Origin: an uncultured Gammaproteobacteria bacterium
GTDB lineage: Bacteria > Patescibacteriota > Microgenomatia > Levybacterales > UBA12049
Direction of reading: 5' to 3'
DNA: 64,000 nucleotides
Assembly (NCBI GenBank): GCA_964521295.1
Contig: CAZFRF010000001.1
Coordinates: 71,751-135,750 of the forward strand
In this document: one piece after another, positions 58,910 through 64,000 of the stretch
Position numbering within the stretch: position 1 is the stretch's first letter
Layout of the letters: every line of letters starts with the position of its first letter
Made by a program: the position numbers and the translations under genes
Notes under the pieces: model-generated
What the model saw: only the letters and a program-made list of their open reading frames with translations
What the model was told of the DNA's origin: nothing
The model's database searches: none

Positions 58910-59670
58910 TTAATTTATTTATTGCTTTTATAGGATTATTCCTCGGGTCTTTTATAGGGGTATTAGTTGATAGAATTCATAAGAAAGAATCATTTATTAA
59001 AGGTAGATCAAAGTGTGATAACTGTAATCATACGTTAGGTATTTTAGATTTAATTCCAGTTTTATCTTTTATTATTTCATTGGGAAAATGTCGATATTGT
59101 AAAAAACAAATCTCTTTTTATTATCCCATTATTGAATTAACGACAACAGTTATTTTTGGGGTTGTAAGCTTTTATTTTTTGGCTACTCCCCTACTACTTG
59201 GTATTTATTTGATAATTTCAAGTTTACTTATTGTAGTAATTTTCTCAGATTTTAAATATGGAGAAATACCTGATGGTATTAATTTACTTTTAATTATTTC
59301 TGCTCTAATACTTGCCTTATTAAATCAAGATCTAATAAATAATGGTTTAACTGGTTTAATAACTTTCCTGTTTTTCTTGACGATTTCATTTGGGTTTTAT
59401 TATTTAACTAAGAAAAATGGTATGGGGGGTGGAGATATTAAATACTCCTTATTTATGGGGCTTAGTTTAGGTTTTCCTTTGATTTTAGTTGGACTTTATA
59501 TAGCTTTCTTGACAGCTGCAGCGTGCTCTATCATACTAGTTATATGGAAGAAAAAGAGTATTCAAAAAACCACAATTCCCTTTGGTCCTTTCTTGGCTTC
59601 AGGCACATTTGTCGCTTTAATTTGGGGCGAAAATTTGTGGCAAATAGCCCTAAAACTTCTGGGAATTTAG
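58906..59670 (+). CDS. pilD: prepilin peptidase (A24 family)
   Basis: N-terminal CDNC...CRYC zinc-binding motif, catalytic Asp regions, and GGGDIKY. Confidence 0.85.
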   Translation: MINLFIAFIGLFLGSFIGVLVDRIHKKESFIKGRSKCDNCNHTLGILDLIPVLSFIISLGKCRYCKKQISFYYPIIELTTTVIFGVVSFYFLATPLLLGIYLIISSLLIVVIFSDFKYGEIPDGINLLLIISALILALLNQDLINNGLTGLITFLFFLTISFGFYYLTKKNGMGGGDIKYSLFMGLSLGFPLILVGLYIAFLTAAACSIILVIWKKKSIQKTTIPFGPFLASGTFVALIWGENLWQIALKLLGI

Positions 59671-60164
59671 GCTTTACTTTAATTGAGATTTTAATAGCTA
59701 TTGCTGTCTTAGGTGTAATCGTAGGAATGGTCGTTTTCTTGGTTGATCCATTAAAGCAAATTGGCAAAGCGAATGATGTAAAAAGAGAAAGTGATTTTAA
59801 GCAGCTCTCGAGCGCATTAGACACATATTATAATGACCACGCAGCGTATCCCAGTGCATTAGACGATGTTTTAAATGATCCAGAAAATGGTAATTATATT
59901 CAGGTTGTTCCTCAAGACCCAGTTAATGATCCAGGCAAGCAATATTTATATTTAACAGATGGTACAGCTAATTCACAATGGTTTGTGTTATTTGCTCAAA
60001 TGGATAGCAAGCCGCCTGATAAGGTCTTATGTCCCTTGGAAAAGCTAGACGAACTTTGTCTGCCAGCAGACTATGTTGGATCAGGATATAATTATTGTGC
60101 ATATGGCGGAGATGTCGACTGTAACTATGTGTTAGGACAAAATTTAGCTGATTTAAAGAAATGA
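59637..60164 (+). CDS. pilin-like protein (prepilin N-terminus)
   Basis: ...KTSGNLG|FTLIEILIAIAVLGVIVG. There is no in-frame ATG after the pilD stop, so the proposed start is GTG 59637, which overlaps the pilD 3' end. The track start 59523 lies deep inside pilD. Confidence 0.6.
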   Translation: MANSPKTSGNLGFTLIEILIAIAVLGVIVGMVVFLVDPLKQIGKANDVKRESDFKQLSSALDTYYNDHAAYPSALDDVLNDPENGNYIQVVPQDPVNDPGKQYLYLTDGTANSQWFVLFAQMDSKPPDKVLCPLEKLDELCLPADYVGSGYNYCAYGGDVDCNYVLGQNLADLKK

Positions 60165-60724
60165 GAAATTCAAAAGGTTTTACATTAATAGAACTTCTAA
60201 TAGTTGCTGCTATATTATCAATTATGGTTCTGGTTGCTTTGGTAATAGTTGATCCAGTTGCCCAATTTGAGAAAGCAAGCGATGCAAGAAGAAAGTCAGA
60301 TTTATTGCAGCTCCAAAGAGCCATGGAAGCATTTTACGAGGATCATGGATTTTATCCTTGTAGTAGTGCAAATACTTATCGAATAATCGATTCAGGCGTT
60401 AGGGATGATCCTTGTGAAGGCGAAGGAATACCTTTTAATGGTAGTAGTTCATGGCAACCATATATGAAATTACTACCAGCAGATCCTAGATCAGAAAAAT
60501 CCTATAAATACTACTCGCCAGATGGACAAACTTATTATTTGTATGCTAGTCTAGATAGAGGAGAAAAAGATCAGAATGTTTGTAATCCAGGTTATAACGA
60601 TGCTTGTTCGAGTATAACTAGTAGTGGTTTAGATATTAAATGTAGCTCTTGGTCTGTAGGTGCTGGATATGCAAATTCAAGTGTTTGCAATTATGGCATC
60701 TCTAGTCCAAATACACACCCATGA
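60161..60724 (+). CDS. pilin-like protein
   Basis: MRNSKG|FTLIELLIVAAILSIMVLVALV. Several Cys in the C-terminal domain. Confidence 0.75.
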   Translation: MRNSKGFTLIELLIVAAILSIMVLVALVIVDPVAQFEKASDARRKSDLLQLQRAMEAFYEDHGFYPCSSANTYRIIDSGVRDDPCEGEGIPFNGSSSWQPYMKLLPADPRSEKSYKYYSPDGQTYYLYASLDRGEKDQNVCNPGYNDACSSITSSGLDIKCSSWSVGAGYANSSVCNYGISSPNTHP

Positions 60725-61182
60725 GGAAATTATTAAATTATAAAGGATTTACTTTAGTAGAACTTCTAATTGTTATTGCAATTATTGGTGTTTTGTCTGC
60801 TTTACTCATGGCAAACTTTATTGGTGTTAGGCAAAGAGCTAGAGATGCGCAGAGAAAATCTGATTTAAGACAAATCCAAGCAGCCTTAGAGCTATACAGA
60901 TCTGATTTGGGTGGATATCCAGATGAGGCTGCTTTAGTATTTGGAGGGCAGTTGGCAAATACATCCGCTGGTAGCGATACGGTCTATATGCAAAAAGTTC
61001 CAACTGATCCAATAAACAGTGCGTTCCCCTACTCTTACGTAAGCGATGGTTCCAGTTATTCGTTAGTAGCTTGTTTAGAGAATGCTTCCGACTCTCAGGG
61101 CGTTGGTAAAAGTGAGCTTCCGGCGGGAATTACTGGTACGGGTTGCACAAGTGATTCTTTTATCCTTCTAGTAAATCCATGA
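60721..61182 (+). CDS. pilin-like protein
   Basis: MRKLLNYKG|FTLVELLIVIAIIGVLSALL. The start overlaps the upstream stop (ATGA). Confidence 0.75.
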   Translation: MRKLLNYKGFTLVELLIVIAIIGVLSALLMANFIGVRQRARDAQRKSDLRQIQAALELYRSDLGGYPDEAALVFGGQLANTSAGSDTVYMQKVPTDPINSAFPYSYVSDGSSYSLVACLENASDSQGVGKSELPAGITGTGCTSDSFILLVNP

Positions 61183-61730
61183 AAAATAATTTTTTAGACT
61201 CTAAAGGTTTTACTTTAATAGAGTTAGTAATTGTTTTTTCTGTAATAACAATACTTTCTTTATTTGGTCTTGCTTCATTTGTAAGTTACAGTCGAGTTCA
61301 AGCAATAACTAATGATGCGAATAATATTGTAAATTTAATCAACACTGCAAAGGCAAATGCCGCTTCGCAAGTTAAGCCGTCAGTTTGTTCGGGGACTAAA
61401 GTTTTGCATGGGTATATTGTGGAATTTAATAAGCCAATCAAAGGTGTTTCAAATAAGGGTTATACAATTAATGTTCTTTGCTCGACAGCCACAACTACAT
61501 ATTTAGCTTCTAATTCGCTATCTAGCAGTGTTATATTTGATACTACTGCAAGTGATGCTTTGAAAAGTATTTCTTTTTTTGTTCTTACAGGAGGAATTAA
61601 GTTAATTGATAAAAACGACAATCAATTAATTGGCGATACTCAGTTAAAAGGAACGATAACAATTAAAGGTTATGGATTAACTCGGGTAATTACATTTGAT
61701 AGGCATGGTAATATCACAATTTCTGAATAA
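61179..61730 (+). CDS. pilin-like protein
   Basis: MKNNFLDSKG|FTLIELVIVFSVITILSL. Confidence 0.75.
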   Translation: MKNNFLDSKGFTLIELVIVFSVITILSLFGLASFVSYSRVQAITNDANNIVNLINTAKANAASQVKPSVCSGTKVLHGYIVEFNKPIKGVSNKGYTINVLCSTATTTYLASNSLSSSVIFDTTASDALKSISFFVLTGGIKLIDKNDNQLIGDTQLKGTITIKGYGLTRVITFDRHGNITISE

Positions 61731-62205
61731 TAAAGGACAGGGTTTAGTAGAGGCATTAGTTGCTCTAGGAGCAGCATCTGTAATTATTGCTGCAATTGCA
61801 ATTTCTGTTGTATCTGCTGTGAATAACTCCGATTACTCAAAGAATCAAAATAAAGCAACTTCTCTTGCTCAGCAAGAAATGGAAATTCTTTCTCAGGAAA
61901 GTAGAACAAACTGGGCGGTATTTAACGCACGTAACGGAAGTTATTGTGCATTTAATCCTAGAGATCTTAAGGCAACTATTGAGGATTGCAACAAGGTAAA
62001 CTCAGCTTTAATAGACAATGTGTTTATTAGACAAGTAGATATTCAAAAAGGAGATTCTACTAATTGCCAGGGAAATATTCAAAATGGAACTAGTGTCAAA
62101 GTAACTGTTAAATGGAATGATGGTAAATGCGATGCCGATGATTATTGTCATTCTGTGTATGTGCAATCTTGTTTTACGAACATTAACTTAACACCAAGTC
62201 CATGA
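61705..62205 (+). CDS. minor pilin-like protein (atypical +1 Gln)
   Basis: MVISQFLNNKG|QGLVEALVALGAASVII with Glu at +5. Start placed at ATG 61705. Confidence 0.6.
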   Translation: MVISQFLNNKGQGLVEALVALGAASVIIAAIAISVVSAVNNSDYSKNQNKATSLAQQEMEILSQESRTNWAVFNARNGSYCAFNPRDLKATIEDCNKVNSALIDNVFIRQVDIQKGDSTNCQGNIQNGTSVKVTVKWNDGKCDADDYCHSVYVQSCFTNINLTPSP

Positions 62206-62852
62206 AAATATTAATTAATAAAAAAGGTTATACTTTAATTGAAGTTTTGGCAGTAATTATTTTAATAACCATTGTTGGATCATTTATTGCGGCAATTATT
62301 GTAATCTCCTTAAGAGGAAGTAATAGAAGTAAAAACGTTAATGCAATTAGGCAAATTGGCGACTATACGATAAATCAAATGACTAAAATGATTTCTTATG
62401 CCGAAAGTTTTGAAGGACTGGCAAATACAGATATCGATGTTAATCCAGATGACAATAGTATTAGTTATGATTTACAGTGTAACCAGTCAAAGACATATAA
62501 TCTTATAAAGATTAAATCTTTCGATCAAGGAACGACTACATTTTATTGTGATCCTACTATTGGTAATAACTTTATAGCCTCGTATAGTGGGTCTTTAGAT
62601 AGTTTACCAACTGAATCGGTTTATAATTCAGTGCGCATGGTTAAATTGGTTGATCCCAGTAGGAACTTCTATGTTACTCAGTGTTCTTTTACGTGTAAAA
62701 AAGATAACATTACTCTCCCACCGGTTGTTGATGTTCAATTTACAATTAGTAATCAAAATCCTGAAAATAGCTCAGACGAACAGGTTTTAGTGGAAAATAA
62801 GGTTACAATTCCTTTTGATGCTACTGCTAGCTTCAGGAATTTGGGAAATTAG
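62202..62852 (+). CDS. pilin-like protein
   Basis: MKILINKKG|YTLIEVLAVIILITIVGSF. Confidence 0.7.
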   Translation: MKILINKKGYTLIEVLAVIILITIVGSFIAAIIVISLRGSNRSKNVNAIRQIGDYTINQMTKMISYAESFEGLANTDIDVNPDDNSISYDLQCNQSKTYNLIKIKSFDQGTTTFYCDPTIGNNFIASYSGSLDSLPTESVYNSVRMVKLVDPSRNFYVTQCSFTCKKDNITLPPVVDVQFTISNQNPENSSDEQVLVENKVTIPFDATASFRNLGN

Positions 62853-62909
62853 CTTTAAAATTAGTTGACAAAGAGTCTTTTAGATTGCTACTCTATAATT
62901 AGGGATATT

Positions 62910-63767
62910 ATGTTCTTACGTAAAATAAATAACCATAATGGACAGGCTTTACTGATCGTAGTATTAGTCATGGTTATTGCTTTAACTGTGACCCTTTCTC
63001 TTGTTTCTAGATCCATAGTTAATTTGAAAACCTCTCTAGATCAAACTAATTCGCAAAAAGCCTTAGCAGCCGCCGAAGCAGGAGTTGAACAGGCAATAAA
63101 AAACAATGTTAGCTATGGTCAGAGTGAAATTGCTCAGATTAGTGGAGCTCAGTATGCAGCCAAGATTGAGCCTGTTATTGATGAGGGGGGGTTTTTAATC
63201 AATGGTGGAAATGTTTTAGCAAAAAACGAGGGGTCATATGTTTGGCTTTCATCATATAGTACAACTAACCCCTGGAGTGATCCTTGGCCAACTAACAACG
63301 CCTCTGATAATGCAGATGTATACCTTTATTGGGGAGATAATACGGGTGCAGATAAAAACGCAGCATTAGAAGTAATATTAATTTATGGACCAGATAGAAA
63401 TAATGCCTTAACTGAAAGGTACGTTTTTGATCCATCTGCTACTCGGGCTACAACTAATAATTTTAATGGAACAGTATCAAGCTCTGGGTATACGGTGTTA
63501 GGTAAATTCTTTCAATATAGAGCAACGGTAAATGTATCTCAAGGGTTACTCATGCGAGTTATTCCAGTTTATAATTCAACTTATCTTGCTGTTAAAAAAG
63601 TATCAAACTCATCCCCTGCTCTTCCAGATCAAGGTAGAACAGTAATTTCTTCAGGTTGTACTCCAAGTTGCACTACTCCTGGAAGCACCCAAAGAAAAAT
63701 AGTTGTTTATGAGGGATATCCAATTATGCCAGTTGAGCTTTTCCCATATAGTATATTCGCACCATAA
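62910..63767 (+). CDS. large minor-pilin/PilX-like protein (uncertain)
   Basis: MFLRKINNHNG|QALLIVVLVMVIALTV hydrophobic N-terminus without Glu+5. The position, last before pilM, is typical of PilX-like proteins. Confidence 0.45.
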   Translation: MFLRKINNHNGQALLIVVLVMVIALTVTLSLVSRSIVNLKTSLDQTNSQKALAAAEAGVEQAIKNNVSYGQSEIAQISGAQYAAKIEPVIDEGGFLINGGNVLAKNEGSYVWLSSYSTTNPWSDPWPTNNASDNADVYLYWGDNTGADKNAALEVILIYGPDRNNALTERYVFDPSATRATTNNFNGTVSSSGYTVLGKFFQYRATVNVSQGLLMRVIPVYNSTYLAVKKVSNSSPALPDQGRTVISSGCTPSCTTPGSTQRKIVVYEGYPIMPVELFPYSIFAP

Positions 63768-64000
63768 TGAATAAAAAAGGATTTGGATTAGATATAGGAG
63801 CTACGTCATTAAAACTTGTTTGGTTAGACAAACAAGGTGCTGGTTTTATGCTTAAAGCTGCTTTAATTAGTCCAATTCCCGCTAAGGGCATGATGTCAGA
63901 GTCTCCGCTTGATGAGGAGGATATGGCACAAGCTTTAAGAAAAGCTGCAGATACTGCTGGTGTAAATACCAAAAAAGTAAACATCGCTCTTCCTGAGAAC
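63767..64000 (+). CDS. pilM: type IV pilus assembly protein PilM, N-terminal part (3' partial)
   Basis: MNKKGFGLDIGATSLKLVWL is the actin-like ATPase N-terminus typical of PilM. It runs off the window end. Confidence 0.7.
   Translation, partial: MNKKGFGLDIGATSLKLVWLDKQGAGFMLKAALISPIPAKGMMSESPLDEEDMAQALRKAADTAGVNTKKVNIALPEN

Noticed and set aside
59523-59636. Track start (GTG) of the first post-pilD pilin, 148 nt inside pilD
   Set aside because: It would give a 50-aa leader before the G|FTLIE cleavage site, which is implausible for a class III signal peptide. GTG 59637 gives a 12-aa leader.

Overview
The window is an AT-rich bacterial chromosomal segment that looks like a small, streamlined genome (Candidate Phyla Radiation-like; inference from gene content and style only). 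TGA is used as an ordinary stop and RF1 is present, so the standard code 11 applies. Evident Shine-Dalgarno sequences are rare; instead, -10 hexamers often sit 5-10 nt upstream of start codons. The backbone is housekeeping: the rpsF tail, ssb, rpsR, ctpA, htrA, murB, a Kef-type antiporter, prfA (RF1), rpmE, hisS, pepP, dnaB, tRNA-Leu(CAA), a NIF3 family protein, efp, an RluA-family pseudouridine synthase, yebC, xerC/D, folD, gyrA, an H+-pyrophosphatase, gyrB and a compact holB-like gene. The last 14 kb is a type IV pilus locus: pilB-pilT-pilC, then a major pilin, a DUF2723/PMT-like GT-C membrane glycosyltransferase with TPR repeats, pilD, six or seven pilin/minor-pilin genes and the start of pilM. 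Between pilC and the pilin gene sit an IS1595-family transposase and about 1.2 kb of hairpin-rich noncoding DNA, including a candidate structured RNA that ends in an intrinsic terminator. Blocks of uncharacterised Arg/Glu/Ala/Gly-rich ORFan genes are interspersed with the housekeeping genes (8.0-9.7 kb, 26.4-29.3 kb, 31.7 kb, 37.9 kb, 40.4 kb, 43.3-49.5 kb). They include a three-member paralogous family of HExxH (putative zinc-metallopeptidase) proteins and a tandem triplet of small two-hydrophobic-segment proteins. A short dispersed repeat (TTTAGCCTCAAAA...) marks the two unusually long intergenic regions. All functional calls come from motif recognition by eye; no database searches were run.
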